64,000 nucleotides of DNA from Felis catus. Its lineage: Eukaryota. The notes under the pieces are model-generated. The model searched no databases. It saw nothing but the letters and a program-made list of their open reading frames with translations, and was not told where the DNA came from. Below are positions 1 through 12,977 of the stretch, one piece after another (within the stretch, counting starts at the first letter, position 1; every line of letters begins with the position of its first letter). Location of the stretch: the NCBI RefSeq assembly GCF_018350175.1, contig NC_058369.1, positions 26,042,001 to 26,106,000 of the forward strand, written 5' to 3'. Made by a program: the position numbers and the translations under genes.

Positions 1-884
1 AAAAAGCAAATTGCAGGAAGATACATATGCTCTGATACTATATAGTTTTACATATGTAATGGAAATACAGATATGTTCATTGGAATGACTGTCACCAATC
101 TCTGGATAGTGGTTGCCTGTAGGGTGTGGGGGGTGTGCAGCCATGAAGGGGTGTGCTGGGGCTTTCAACTCTTTGTAACATTTGATTTCTTCAATTGCAT
201 GGTGCTGATATTGTACTGTTCTTTTTGTCCTCTGTTTTTGTGTGTATTTGTTGGAAATATTTCTAAAAAAGTATATCATTTTAATGCTGGTACAGTGCAT
301 TAATGAACTTGACCAAGGGAAGGGGAAAAAAGGATCCTACCTTTATTATTTTGTTTGTTTGTTTTAAAGACAAGCTTGGGCCCAACTTGTAAGAAAGAAA
401 ACAGATCATCCTCAAGATGTCAGGATGATATTAAGACAAAAGACATTCACACTTTGCAGGATTTCTCCCTCCCACTCCCCAAGTATGTGTTGAAACTCCT
501 GAGCTAATAACCTTAGAATGTAAGGCCCCTCCTGTCGCTTGTGAACATGGCAGGCTTGGGTTTCTCAAAGGCAGAGAGAGCTTCAGACATCTGCCTCTGG
601 GAGCTTCCAGTCAATGGCTTTTTGTCTAAGTGAAGGAGATATTTCTCAAGGAAATACCTCAAGGGACTGCTGAAATATTTGCATTGTCCTTAAAAGTGGG
701 TAATAGTCCAGATAAGGGATGGTTCAGCAGTGGATTGAGTGTTACCAGGGTTGCATTCAAAGAACACCTTTGCATTACGGCCAAAATCAAGTCTGTCCAT
801 TTTGTGGTATGGTGGTTCCTGTCTAGTTTCCCAGGCACCTGAACATATGAGCTCAGAAGCATTTAATTTTTAAAAAATTACTCC

Positions 885-1180
885 GGGGCACCAGGATGGC
901 TTAGTAGGTTAGGCATCCAACTTCGGCTCAGGTCATGATCTCACATTTCATAGGTTTGAACCGCAGAGCCCGTGTCAGATCCTCTGTCTCCCCCTCTCTC
1001 TGCCCCTCCCCTGCTTACACACAGGCTCTCTCTCTCAAAAACAAATAAACATTTTAAAAAGTTAAAAAAAATTACTTTGTTGGCTGACTCGGTAGAGTAT
1101 GTGACTCTTCGTCTTGGGGCTGTGAATTCGAGGCCCACAGTGGGTGCAGAGATTATATGAAAGTAAAAGAATTCTTAAAA
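885..1180 (+). mobile_element. Two tandem CanSINEs (long type 885-1066; short type ~1079-1180)
   Basis: GGGGCACC..TGGCTTAG head, CT-rich linker, AATAAA/A tail; target AAAAATTACT occurs three times. Confidence 0.9.
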
Positions 1181-1244
1181 AAAAATTACTCTATTGGGGT
1201 ATAATTGACATACAACAAATGACACATTGAAAAGTGTACAATTG

Positions 1245-2333
1245 GAAGGCAACAAAAACAAAAATAAGAAAAAACTCATTAAACTAAAAAGCTTCTGCCC
1301 AGCAAAGGAAATCATCAACAAAATGAAAAAGCGACCTAAGGAATGGGAGAAGATATTTGCAGATCATGTATCTGATAAGAGGTTAATATCCAAAATATGG
1401 AATAAATAATTCCAGCAACTCAATAGCAGAAGTCCAAGCAATACAGTTAAAAAATATATAGAGAATATGTAAGACAGAGAATATAGGCAGAGAGTATATA
1501 AGACATTTTTTTAAAGAAGACCTGCAGATGGCCAACAGTTACGTGAAAAATGCTCAAACGTCAGTAATCAGGGAAATGCAAATCGAAACCACAATGAGAT
1601 ATCACCCTGTGTCTGTTACAATGGCCATTATCAAAAAGGTAAGAGATAACAAGTGTTGGTAAGGATGCAGTGAAGAGGGAACCATTGGGTACTGTTACTA
1701 GGACTGTAAATTGGTACAACTACTGTGGAAAACAGTATGGAGGTTCCTAAAAAAGATAAAAATAGAACTACCATATGATCTAGCAATTTCACTTCTGAGT
1801 GTTTATCCAAAAAAACAGCCTGAGTATCTATTGATGGGTGAATGGATCAAGAAAATGTGAGATATGTGTATGTGTGTATGTGTATGTATATATATAATTC
1901 AGCCATAAACATAAACAAGAAGGAAATTTTGTTATTTGTGAGAAAACAGATGGACCTTGGGGGCATTATTATGGTAAATGAAATAAGTCAGAGAAAGACA
2001 AATACTGTCTCATCTTACTTATATGTGAAATCTTAAAAAAAAAAAAAACAAAAAAAAAAAAACAGCCCAAACTCAGAGATAAGAAGTGTGGGAGGTGGGA
2101 GGTGGGTGAAGTGGGTGAAGAGAGTCAAAAGGTACAAAATTCCAGGTATAAAATAAGTACTCATGGGAATATAATGTATAGCATGGTGACTATAGTTAAT
2201 AGTACTGTATTGCATATTTGACAATTTCTAAGAGATTAGATCTTAAAAGTTATCATAGGAAAATTTGTCACTATATATGGTAACAGATGTTAGCTAGACT
2301 ACTGTGGTGATCATTTCACAATATCTACAAGTA
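1245..2333 (+). mobile_element. L1 3' fragment (ORF2 C-terminus plus 3'UTR, L1MA9/early carnivore-like), decayed
   Basis: ORF remnants KLKSFCPAKEIINKMKKRPKEWEKIFADHVSDKRLISKI and KKEILLF..MDLGGIIMVNEISQRKTN; typical L1MA 3'UTR. Confidence 0.9.
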
Positions 2334-2335
2334 TT

Positions 2336-2556
2336 TTATTTATTTGTTTGTTTATTTATTTAACAGACTATTTTTGAGAAAGAGAGACAGAGAGAGCAGG
2401 GGAGTTCAGAGAGAGAGGGAGAGAGAGAATCCCAAGCAGGCTCCACACTGTCAGCATAGAGCCTGACATGGGGCTCAGACTCACAAACCATGAGATCATG
2501 ACCTGAGCTGAAATCAAGAGTCGGCCGCTTAACTGACCTAGCCACCCAGGTGTCCC
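2336..2556 (-). mobile_element. CanSINE
   Basis: Reverse-complement SINE body ending gccacccaggtgtccc. Confidence 0.9.
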
Positions 2557-2571
2557 AAGAAATGTTTTCTT

Positions 2572-2810
2572 TTTTTTTTTTTAATTTTTTTTCAACGTTT
2601 TTATTTATTTTTGGGACAGAGAGAGACAGAGCATGAACGGGGGGGGGGGGGGGGGGCAGAGAGAGAGAGAGGGAGACACAGAATCGGAAACAGGCTCCAG
2701 GCTCCGAGCCATCAGCCCAGAGCCCGACGTGGGGCTCGAACCCATGGACCGCGAGATCGTGACCTGGCTGAAGTCGGACGCTTAACCGACTGCGCCACCC
2801 AGGCGCCCCC
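2572..2810 (-). mobile_element. Young feline CanSINE (SINEC_Fc-type)
   Basis: CpG-rich body with gggacagagagagacagagcatgaacg / aatcggaaacagg motifs; perfect TSD aagaaatgttttctt (2557-2571, 2812-2826). Confidence 0.95.
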
Positions 2811-3064
2811 CAAGAAATGTTTTCTTAAAGACAATTCTTTAAGCTGGTTGGTAAAAGCACCTGTGGCTTTGGTCACTTCTTTCTGTGTCCTCTACCACAA
2901 AAGTTTTCATTCTTGCTGTCATCAAATTCTCTAACTAGTTTACCTGTAGGAAAAGGCCCTGTAGTCCTAACACTGTGGCTAACTAGTAGAGTGGTGAGTG
3001 CTTCTTGAAAACAGTCTCTCACGAACCATCATTCAAGGATGGGTAGGTGAGCTAACATCTGTCG

Positions 3065-3215
3065 TGTACCAGGGATTGTGCTAGGTTGGTGCTTTACATC
3101 AAGTATGTCACTTAATTCGAACGGCCCTATGAAGTAGGTATTATTTCTGTGTTACAGTTGGGGAGACTGAGGCACTGAGAGGTTTAGTGACTTGTTGCAT
3201 AGCCAGGAAGCAGAA
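3065..3215 (-). mobile_element. MIR fragment
   Basis: ccctatgaagtaggtatt...ttacagttggggagactgaggcactgagaggtttagtgacttg matches the MIR core. Confidence 0.75.
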
Positions 3216-3235
3216 GAGACAGACTTTGAAAGTAA

Positions 3236-3680
3236 ATGTATCAGTTAGTCTGTGTATGCTTCCACATCATAGGAAACCCAACTTATCCTGGCTCCTCCAA
3301 AAAGGGAGCTCATTGGCTCCTGCAGCTAAACAGTCCAGGGGTAGGGCAAGCAGCAGGTGCATTTTGACCCAGAGGTTGTGAGGTTGTCAGAACCCTGTCT
3401 CTGTTTCTCTTAGATTCTGTTTTCTGTTATCTCTGCTCATGGACAGGCTGGGGTAGCAGTTCCTGGCCACACAGCCATACCCACATCCACACCTCTCTGA
3501 GGAAGAAGGCAGACCCTGGGGTTTACTGTGATTGGACCAGCATGTGCCACTTGCCCTCTTAACCAATCACTGGCCAGGGTGTTTGACTGTTGGGATTGGC
3601 TTAACCTAGATCACATGTCCTACCTCCTCTCTCCCCTTCCCAGTCTGGGACATTGAAGAGGTTGGAAGGATGGATCCCAG
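3236..3680 (-). mobile_element. MaLR solo LTR (MLT1J/K-like), ancient
   Basis: gaaacccaact..cattggctc..agtccaggggtagg and tgattgg..aaccaatcactggccaggg..gattggc motifs. Confidence 0.65.
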
Positions 3681-3781
3681 GGAGGCTTCTCACACTGGAC
3701 CACTGCTATACTAGGTTGCTATTTGTTTTTTAGAAACCCCCTTAATTTTATGAAACTCTGGGGTCACTGGCTGTGGTATTT

Positions 3782-3937
3782 TTTTTTTTTAATTTATTTT
3801 TAAGTTTATTTTAGAGTGAGTGAGGGCACAAGTGATGGAGGGGCAGAGAGAGAGGGAGAAACAGAATCCGAAGCCGGCTCTAGACTGTGAGATCTTGACC
3901 TGAGCCGAAGTCAGACACTTAACTGACTGAGCCACCC
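3782..3937 (-). mobile_element. CanSINE with internal deletion
   Basis: TSD ctgg[c/t]tgtggtattt (3767-3781, 3938-3952). Confidence 0.88.
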
Positions 3938-5679
3938 CTGGTTGTGGTATTTATATAGCCTGTAACTTAGGTTATTACCTCTTTCCTCACCCAAATGAGA
4001 TTACCTCTTCACCCCTGCCAAATGAGATTCCCACCCCCTCAAAGTGAGATCCCCCCACCCAACTGAGATTACTGTTTCAACTTCACAGGCAAATCAAGAA
4101 GAAACAAAATGAAACAAAACAAAAAAACCCAACATGTAAACTGTAGCATGCTTGAGGATTTTTAAAAGCTGTCTATATAATTAAAAGGTGTTAGTTAGAC
4201 TTGTACATAAAATAAAATCTGACTTCAAATTTAAGTGGCATAATTTCCATGGCAAAATACCAGGTAACCTGTGATCCTCAGTCTTGTGGACTTGTTGGAT
4301 TCCCATCTAAAGAGGGTGCAAATGGCAGCTTAAAAGCAACAGGCATCTCCACCCCCCTTTCTAGGAGGAAGAGTTGAAAGAAAGAATGAATGTGTGCAGA
4401 AAAGGGTTTGCTTGCCTTCCAGGGTCCGTGTTGAAGGAGAGGAAAATGTAGCTCAGCCACAGTGACTCTCCCCAATTAAAAACTAAAAAAAGATCGTGGT
4501 TATGGGGCTTGGATTTCTGACAAACCAGCAGCCTCAGTCATTTTGAGTGTTATTCCAGATTGGAAGATTCTGTTAGGAGGAAAGTGGAAGCTTCAAGAAT
4601 TCCTCATTGGATAGTCAGAGGGGCTCCTCATCACAGCCCCAGCTAGAGGAGACCACCCTATCTATTCACTGGGCAGATGAGTTGACCACACGTGAAGTCT
4701 GGCCCAGCACAACATACTCGGCCTGGGGCGGCAACATGGGAAAGACTTTTATTGGGATTAACTTTCTATAAGGATGCCCTTGCAAATGAGCCCATCCTTT
4801 TCTCACCAGCACCCTTATTCCACAAAGCTTACTTGTTTTGGACCCATAAATTTAAGCCTCTTAATGATTTGACCCAAGACTTAGAGCAGATTTGCTTTTC
4901 TTTATAGTGAATCTGCAGCCTTAAATGCTTCTGACTCAGGTGAAAAGGGGATCCTGGAGCACAGAATGGGAAGAGCGTGGGGTCTGCACACCTGGTTCTT
5001 ATTCTGACTCTGCTGTTCATCAGCTGTGTCTTTGGGCCTCAGTTTTCTCATATGTGAACTTTGAGCATTGATCTAGAATCAGGGTCAACAAACAGGTGGC
5101 ACCCGTGCTACGCTTTTCTCTCTTCATGGCAGACATCACTGATGTTTTTTTCCCACTGAGCCCAGACTGGGCATTAGAATCCTTTTCAATATGGTGCTCC
5201 AGGCAGCCATTTGGTCCTTGAGATGAAACCCATTTATTGTCTTGATGAAAGTATATGAACTTAACTCCCCTTTATCTGTGATAGTTTGAATCTTGCCCTG
5301 CAAAGAGCCTACACAAAGCACATTGTGCCCAGTGGGCTGCCTGTGTTGGGTGTTGGCTTCATTTTCACATCGACCGTACCGAACTCCTCGCTGCTGACAG
5401 TGCTGCTCTCCTTCACACCCCCATACGTTGGCCCTTGCTCCTCCTTCTGCTTAGCCGCTCATGTTTTCTTGTCGTTCAGGAACCAGTTCACATGCCTCTC
5501 CTGTGTAGAAGCCCTCTTCAAATCCCCCATGTAGCATTAGTCATTTCTTCTCTTTTGTTCCCACAGCAGTATACACACAAATTATAATCTTTATAAAATG
5601 GCCATGATCCTATTTATGACTATAGCCCTCCACCAGACTGGCCTCTAAGCCCTTTGGCTTTCTTACGTTACCATCATGA

Positions 5680-5749
5680 TTTCTTTTCTTTTTTCTTTTC
5701 TCTTTTCCTTTCCTTTCCTTTCCTTTCCTTTCCTTTCCTTTCCTTTCCT
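5680..5749. repeat. Homopyrimidine tract containing (TTTCC)9
   Basis: Read directly; pure TTTCC array 5704-5748. Confidence 0.95.
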
Positions 5750-7399
5750 AACCATTGTGATTCTGCCAGACTTATTTTCTGAATATTTTTTCTTTATATC
5801 TATGCATTTTTGTATTCTGTGTTTCACAAGGAAACTAGAGAACACGATCAATTGTCAATAGAAAACCACCATCACTGGCCATGAAGAATAGGTAGCTATA
5901 ACGGTAAAAGCAATGAACACAGCAGTGTTACTAATTTCTTGAAAAGTTTGTTGAAGACTCTGACCAGGAGGCCTGCTTAGAATCAGAAAGTGATTCTTAG
6001 TGAAGCACGCAATCTAGTAGTTATCGTCCTAACTCGTCTGCTTTGTCTGTTCTGCCCCTTTGCGGGAAAGGCTGTGCTGATTCAGCAGGGGCCCAGCACC
6101 TGGAAGAGACAGGCCTCTGTAGGGTTGGATACTATAATCCCAACCTCCCATGTAACACCTTTGTGTACTGTCAAAAGTAAGAATTGTAAAAGGATCATCA
6201 GAACCATTGAGTGGAAAATGAGGCACATGTGGCTTTGTTTAGTTCATGTGCCCTTGCCTGGTAGGAAGGACTCATTTCTTTGCTTTGCTGGATTAGTGTT
6301 TGATAATGAAAAAAATCTTGTAGAAAAGTAATTCTACCCTTGAGCAAATTCTTATGGAAAATGATGCACTGGATCTCTGTTCTTTGGGAACATCTAGGGA
6401 AAACGTGGTGGTACAGACATCCCGCTTCACAGATGGGAACACTGATGCCAGGGGTTAACAACTAACCTGGAAGCTAGTCTGACAGAGGCTAGGTTGCCTC
6501 TTCACGCTTTGTTTTCTCATCTGCTAGACTTTGCCCTGTTGTAGTTCAGGTTGTGAGTGACGAACAAGAACCACAGTCACTAGACTGAACAGAACTAACC
6601 TCGTGGGGTCTGAAAATAGGAATTTATTGGGGATTTTTCCTTGCAAAGAAATCAGAAGTGCTCTGGTTTGCTCTTGGAAGGATGCCAATCATTTTATTGC
6701 CTGTACTCCTTTTTGCCCAGAAGGGTACCATGTTTTATTGGCGGGTGGGGAACTTCAGGATTCGGCCGCAGTGGTTGAACTGTGGTACGTGCTTGCTACA
6801 GCAAGGTGGAATCCCACACTGTGAAGATATGTGCAGAAGCAGGCCAGATCCTTGTCATACTACTGCAACAACTCCCCCAGCCCTGGGCTGCAGCATCGGA
6901 CCTCTATGGCTCTCCCGCAGGATTAGTATTTGTTGAATAATAGTACACCCTGACCCAGGGAGCAAAAGCAAATAGGCCGAGCACTGACACTGCAGGGGAG
7001 TGTGAGTAAACAGTTACAGGCTACCCCAAAGAGCTGGCCTTTGGCCAGCAACCTGATGGCCGTTTACATTCCACTCTTATGGGGCCATTGGCCTTCTCAT
7101 TTAGGGGAGTAGGCAGTTTCCTGGCCTGTGCTTGGAAGCCCTGATGGGGAGGGGTCAGATCTGAGGACATAGTTTCTTTAAAACATATTCCCCCTCCATC
7201 CTTCTTAGGTGGAGGTTGGGTGTATCTGATACTTTTCCCTTTTCTTTAAATCTTTATTGGTTTTTTTAAATCACAAAAGGTACATGCTTGTTTAAAAAAA
7301 AGTTTGATCCTTATAGAAAATTAAGATATTGAGTGCTGACTATAATCATACTAGTGCCTAGTACATACTTGGTGGCTTTTTTTTTTTTTTTTTTTTTTT

Positions 7400-7560
7400 G
7401 CCTCATAGCAGTTTATCTTCACACTAGATCTGAGGAATGGTGTTCATTCCCATTTTCCAGACGAGGAAACTGAGGCTCCATTTACAGTCACCTAGCTGGT
7501 AAGCAAGGGGCTGAGCCTGGACTAGCACCAGTCTGGGTGACTCTGGACAACAGAGCTCTG
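7400..7560 (-). mobile_element. MIR fragment
   Basis: cccattttccagacgaggaaactgaggctc core. Confidence 0.75.
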
Positions 7561-9100
7561 TGTGGTGTCTTTCTGGACAGAAAGATTTAACTTGACTCAG
7601 TATCATTTTATTTATATGCAGAATGAGCTTACATTATTTATTTTCAGAAGAAAAGCCATCCAGGTTATTATACCAAAATAAAAAGACATGTGAACAGGGA
7701 TCTCCAAACATGAATGGTCAGGTGTGTGCATCCGTGTCAGGCAGTGCTTGGTTAGTCTCTGAGCCAGGGGATATGTTGTCAGGCTAGGATGCCAGCTGGC
7801 CTCCGGCTGGGAGGGCTCCTTGCTTCTCCTGAACAGCCCTCCCCACCACCCAACCCACACCACCAATGGGGCAAGCCCAGGAGCTCTAAGGCAGCCTCTC
7901 CATTCCTAACTTAGTTTCCAAATCGTGGGTAACTTATCCACCCCATTGCTTTGCTATCTTAGGCAGTTCTTGGCTCGTAAACATACTTGCCTCGAATCTG
8001 TGCCTTGAGCCGAGCGGCCTTGACCGCAGCCTTGGGATCCACAGACCCTTGTTTTAACAAGCTGAGGCTAGAGCAGTTGTGTGATTGTGCAGGTCGGTGT
8101 GCTGTGCTTCTCAAAGCTACTTCACCAAGAACCCTTGGTTGGCTTGCCTTTGTCAACGTCCCTCAGAAGGCCTTACAGCCTGTCTTGACTGTGGCCTGTG
8201 GGTGGTCCCAGCCACACAACTAAACTGTCAGGCAGCCCCACGAGGGGCTCCCCCAGCTGGGTTGCCCTGAGTGCCCTCACAGCTCTTTTTTTAGAGAGAG
8301 CTCTGAGATTCATTAGAGTTCAGAGATTTTAGCATTCTTGAGATTCTTTCTGTGGCCAGTTTGGTAAACCATTTCATCTCTCCAGTTTCCCAGTTGAGCC
8401 CATTCATCCCTTTGCCCTTTAAGGGACTGTCTTAGGTGCAGGCCAGTTTTGCATTCTCAGCAAAGCCTCCCATGTTTGGTTTGTGTGGGTTTGCTGCAAC
8501 CTGAGTTGAACAAATCTTCTAGACTCCTAGATAGTCCCTGATTCATACCAGTCTGGTTTCCCCACTTGGCCGGGGACTCTTCATTCACACTGAGGGTAAA
8601 CCTCAGACTTGCCTGGCACTGTGGGTGGGAGGAGCTCATTCGTTTTTGTTGTCTGTTCAGCTTTTAGGAGTGTTAACATCTGTAGATTTATCCTCCCTTC
8701 CAACTCATTGCACGAAGCAGGTCTCAGATCCTCATCCTGCTGGTGATGTGATGCTGGGGATGCTTATGGCAGTTTAGTGTGGTGCTGGGAGGGAATTGAT
8801 CCCGGAGGCCCAGGACTGGACTGCATTGTGCTGTTGAGCTAGGTCAGGGGGGGACTTCTCGTCAGCTCTGATGGACCGGAAAGGGATTGGGAAATTTCAT
8901 GGACTTTTCTCTGCGGTGTTGGGTAGTTTGAGAAAATATGCCTCAAACTGTACCCTTGTAGATCGGATAAGTCATTTTGGTGATTTATTGGGCACCATTC
9001 TTTTAAGTGTAAGTGAAAGAAACTTACTTGAGTTAGCTTCACTGCAAAATGCTGTTGTTTTTTTGGTTGTTGTTAGGGAGGTTTTATATAGATTGATTTT

Positions 9101-9318
9101 TTAAATTTAATTTTCATTTTATGTTTTTAATGTTTTATTTATTTTTGAGAGAGTGTGAACAGGGGAGGGACAGAGAGAGAGGGAGACACAATTTGAAGCA
9201 GGCTCCAGGCTCTGAGCTGTCAGCACAGAGCCCAATGCAGGGCTTGAGCCCATGGACCGTGAGATCATGACCTGCAGTGAAGTCGGACGCTTAACCAACT
9301 GAGCCACCCAGGCGCCCC
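9101..9318 (-). mobile_element. CanSINE
   Basis: Full body ending gccacccaggcgcccc; flanked by agattgatt. Confidence 0.92.
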
Positions 9319-9340
9319 AAGATTGATTGATTGATTGATT

Positions 9341-9700
9341 TAGGCAAGTGGTGGAAACCCATCTGAAACTACTTACGGACAAAAGAAGCAGCCACTTGGG
9401 CCAGTAACAGAGAAGTTCCTGCAGTAGTTCCCAAGCATGGCTGTGTCTTGAGACTCAAACAGGTAGGTCATCAGAGTTTGATCTCTCCTCATGTCTAGCT
9501 CTGTCTGCTTGGGCTCCACGTGGTGGCAGAATGGCTGCTGCATCTCTGGGCCTTCAGGCATCCCAGAACTAAGCCCAGCCAGGCAAGGGAGAGATTGAGA
9601 GTGGTGAGCACAGCACTCCTATTCAGGTCCCAAGATTTGCTGATTCGGCCCCTTGAATTGTATGCCCTGCTCTGAACTTCGCGGGGCCTGTCCTATGCAC
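9341..9700 (-). mobile_element. MaLR LTR fragment (MLT1K-like)
   Basis: gcaagtggtggaaacccatctgaaact...ggctccacgtggtggcagaatggctgc resembles MLT1. Confidence 0.5.
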
Positions 9701-11277
9701 CTCCCCCCATCCGTGGTATCAGAATGAACCAGTGATCCCTATGAACAATTACAGGTTCACCGATGGAGGGCAGTCTGGCAGGGGGCCTCAGGAGGACTGA
9801 GAACCAGGAGTTGGAAAGCCATGGAGCCTGCCTCTGGTGTCTGTGTCCCTGCTGTCTGTCTTGTTCCGCCTCCCTGTGGATGGACCCTGCTAGCACACCC
9901 CACACAACATGGCTGCCCGGTGGCTCCTGGCTGTTTGCATTTCACTCAGTCTAGCCATACACAGAGACCTCAAGGGAGAATGAGATTCAGCTCATTTTAG
10001 AGGTTCCACCCCAATCCAATTATCTGTGGAAGCTGAGACTGGGCCCTTTACGACAAATTTGGATGGGTGGAGCCTTTCGTGGAGTTGATGCGAGGTGGGC
10101 TGATGGTCCAGAAGGGACAGATAGGTGCTTCTCCTTATCTGGTTGAGAAGTCTTCTTTAAGTCCAAGCTGTTGATGAGAAATATCATCAAGGGCCTCTGT
10201 CCCAAAGTAGGAAAATGTTGGATGAAGTTCCAGCTCAGCTGCATGGACGCCTGCTTCCTGCCTGGAAGCTATGGCCAGGATCAGCACCTCGGGACCTCTC
10301 TGAGCTCTGCTCTCTGCTCCTACATGGGCCCTTCCTTCCTGCAGAGGAGACGGTACTGTCTGAGAGGCATGAATGGGAATTTCCTCCTTCTAGGCCCAAG
10401 TCAGCATGACTCGGGATGGCTTTGACTGGAAAATCTGAATCAAAGAGTGCACTTAGGCCAAGGATTTCCCCAAACACTAATCAGCACTGATTACTTCCAG
10501 CGTGTTGCCTTTGGCTCTGCAGAGAGTTTTGTCCATTGTGGCTGCAGTGTCTGGCTTCTGCTGCCCAGAAGATGAGAAATGAGTTTGTAGGGATGAGCCC
10601 TGGTGATGGGCTGAATCCCTTTGCCATACTGACCTTTACTAGGTGTGAGAAAACCTAATTAACAGATTCATAGGTCATTGGCTGGCCTTTCCTTCAGCAT
10701 TAGCACTTGGGGGGTAGAGTTTGGCTTAAATGAAATCCTGAAAGTGTGTTGGGGAAAAATTTCTATAAAAATCCTTGCTCAGCGTTGAAAATGACTTTTC
10801 TCCCCCATGTTTATGTCTTCTGAACAGAGTCGAAATGCTAAGTATGAGTACAGATGCCATGTTATTGAACCTCAAGATCATCTAAAGGAAATAACGCAAT
10901 TCACATCTTGGTTGAACTGAATGACGGTTTATTATTAAGTTCACAGAAGTTCAATAACTGTGCTGTTTAAAATAGCAGCAGAGGTCTTGTAGTTGGCTCT
11001 CAGAATGTCTTGGAGAACCTTGAAATGCTTTCAGGTCCAGCCTTGAATTTGCAGTCTGGAAGATAAAAGCTCAGAAGAGGGACAGGATGTGCTCAAGGTC
11101 ACTGAGTTGTGGTGGCTGGACTCGAACCCTGGCCTTCGGGGTCCCAGGTCACAGAAATTTTCCGGGCTTAGTCCTGTAACTGCCTTCTGCTAGGAAAAAT
11201 AAGGCAGAGCTTGTAGCCTGGACAGATATATAGGACTTAAAAACAAAATGAACAAAGACAACAAAAAATACCCAACC

Positions 11278-11638
11278 AAACAGCTCTACTGAGATACAAT
11301 TCACACATCATAAAATTCACCCCTTTGAACTGCACAGTTTTTAGTATATTCAGAGTTGTACCACCATCCTCGTTGTAGAACTTTAGAACATTTTATCCCC
11401 TCCTACCAAAGAAACCCTGTAACCATTAGCAGTTACTTCCCAGTCTACCCTCCTCCCAGGCCCCGGCAGCCACTGGTTTACTTCTGTCTGTATGGATTTG
11501 CTGATTCTGGACATTCATATAGTGGAACCATACAACATGTGGTCTTGCAACATGTGTGACTGGCTTCTTTCACTTAGTAAAATGTTTTCAAGGTTCATTC
11601 GTGTTGTATCTACACTTCATTCCTTTTTGTGGCCAAAT
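11278..11638 (-). mobile_element. L1MB-type 3' end
   Basis: gagatacaattcacacatcataaaattcacccc...ttctggacattcatatagtggaaccatacaa...ctttcacttagtaaaatgttttcaaggttcatt. Confidence 0.85.
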
Positions 11639-12009
11639 GTGGGAATCAAGCCTATACAGGGCTTGAATTTGAAAATAAAGCTGTAAAATTTTCAGGTTTA
11701 TTTTTCCTTTGCCTGGTAAGCTTTTTCCTGGGGAGTCAGTCTCTACATTTGGAGATGAAATGGGAGACTTTCTTAAGCTCCCTGTACCTAAGTAGTTACC
11801 ACTTTTCTTAAATGTTTTGACACCTGGGAGAAAAGTTGGTTTGTGGAAGAAAGTATGTTCTTTCTTGTATTGCCAAGAATATTAATACATGCTAATGAAC
11901 ACAGATGCTGGAGAGCCTGTGTTGTAATGAGCCTTTGCCTTATATTTATTTTCCAAATATTTGACTTATTTAAAAAAATTTACATTTTAGCATTCATGGA
12001 GTTTTCCTT

Positions 12010-12970
12010 TCCTTTCCCAAATTCGTTGGAAACTTTTCAGTGCTCCAGACAGTACGAAAGAACAGCAGTGAGAGAAAAGGATAGCAAACTCCCATATAAC
12101 CCTACCCTAGAGTCCCCAGTTGTTAACTTCTGGCCACATTTGTTTCCTTTGTCATTCTCTAAGGGTACACATTACACACCTGTCTCTCATTGAATCATTT
12201 GAAAGTCTTTAGGACACGTCATGACCATTCACTCCCACATACTTCAGCAAGTGTCTCTAAGAAAAAAGGGCATTTTCCTAACCACAGTGTCACTGCATAC
12301 CCAAGAGGTTAGCACTGGTACAATAATATCTGGTATAAAATTTCCCCAAATGCTCCCAGGTGTCCTTTATGGTCATTTTTTTTTTTAACCAAGGAAATAA
12401 TTAAAGATTACTCAGTCGACTTTGGTTTCAAAGTTACTTCATCCTATCCTTTAATCTAAAACAGCCCCCATCTTTGACATTTTTTTGTTTTTGTTCGTTT
12501 CTGACATTGGCTTTTTTTTTTTTTTTTGAAGAAGCTAGGCCAGTTGTCACATTTTACATGCACCAGAATTACAGGGTGAGGAGTGGGGGGGGGGGTGGGC
12601 ATGCAGGGTGGCAGGGAGGGTCTTTGTAAAATGCACGTTCTGATTCTGGAAGACACTGTTGGGTCTGAGTCTGCATCTCTAGCAGGCTTCCGGGTGATGT
12701 CAATGCTTCTTACCTGCAGACCACACTTGAGTAGCAAGGCTGTAGAATATTCCATATTCTGGGTTTGTTTGCTTCCTCATGATTAAATTCACATTAAACA
12801 TTTTTAGCAAGTGCTCTTTTGAAGAAAGTCATGAATGTGTCTCATTGCATCTCATCAGGAGGCGCATCATGTCCATTTGTCCTGTTATTAGTGATGTTAA
12901 GTGCCATCTCATGGTTCAACGGTGTTCACCAGCACCCCCCCAAAATGGTGCCTTTCTCCTATTGTAATTT
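12010..12970 (-). mobile_element. Old L1MC-type 3' fragment interrupted by a MER5A1-like hAT MITE (~12545-12740)
   Basis: L1MC motifs (tgaatcatttgaaagt, ttcctcatgattaaattca, gcatctcatcaggaggcgca); MER5 end gaccacacttgagtagcaagg. Confidence 0.7.
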
Positions 12971-12977
12971 TCTTAAA

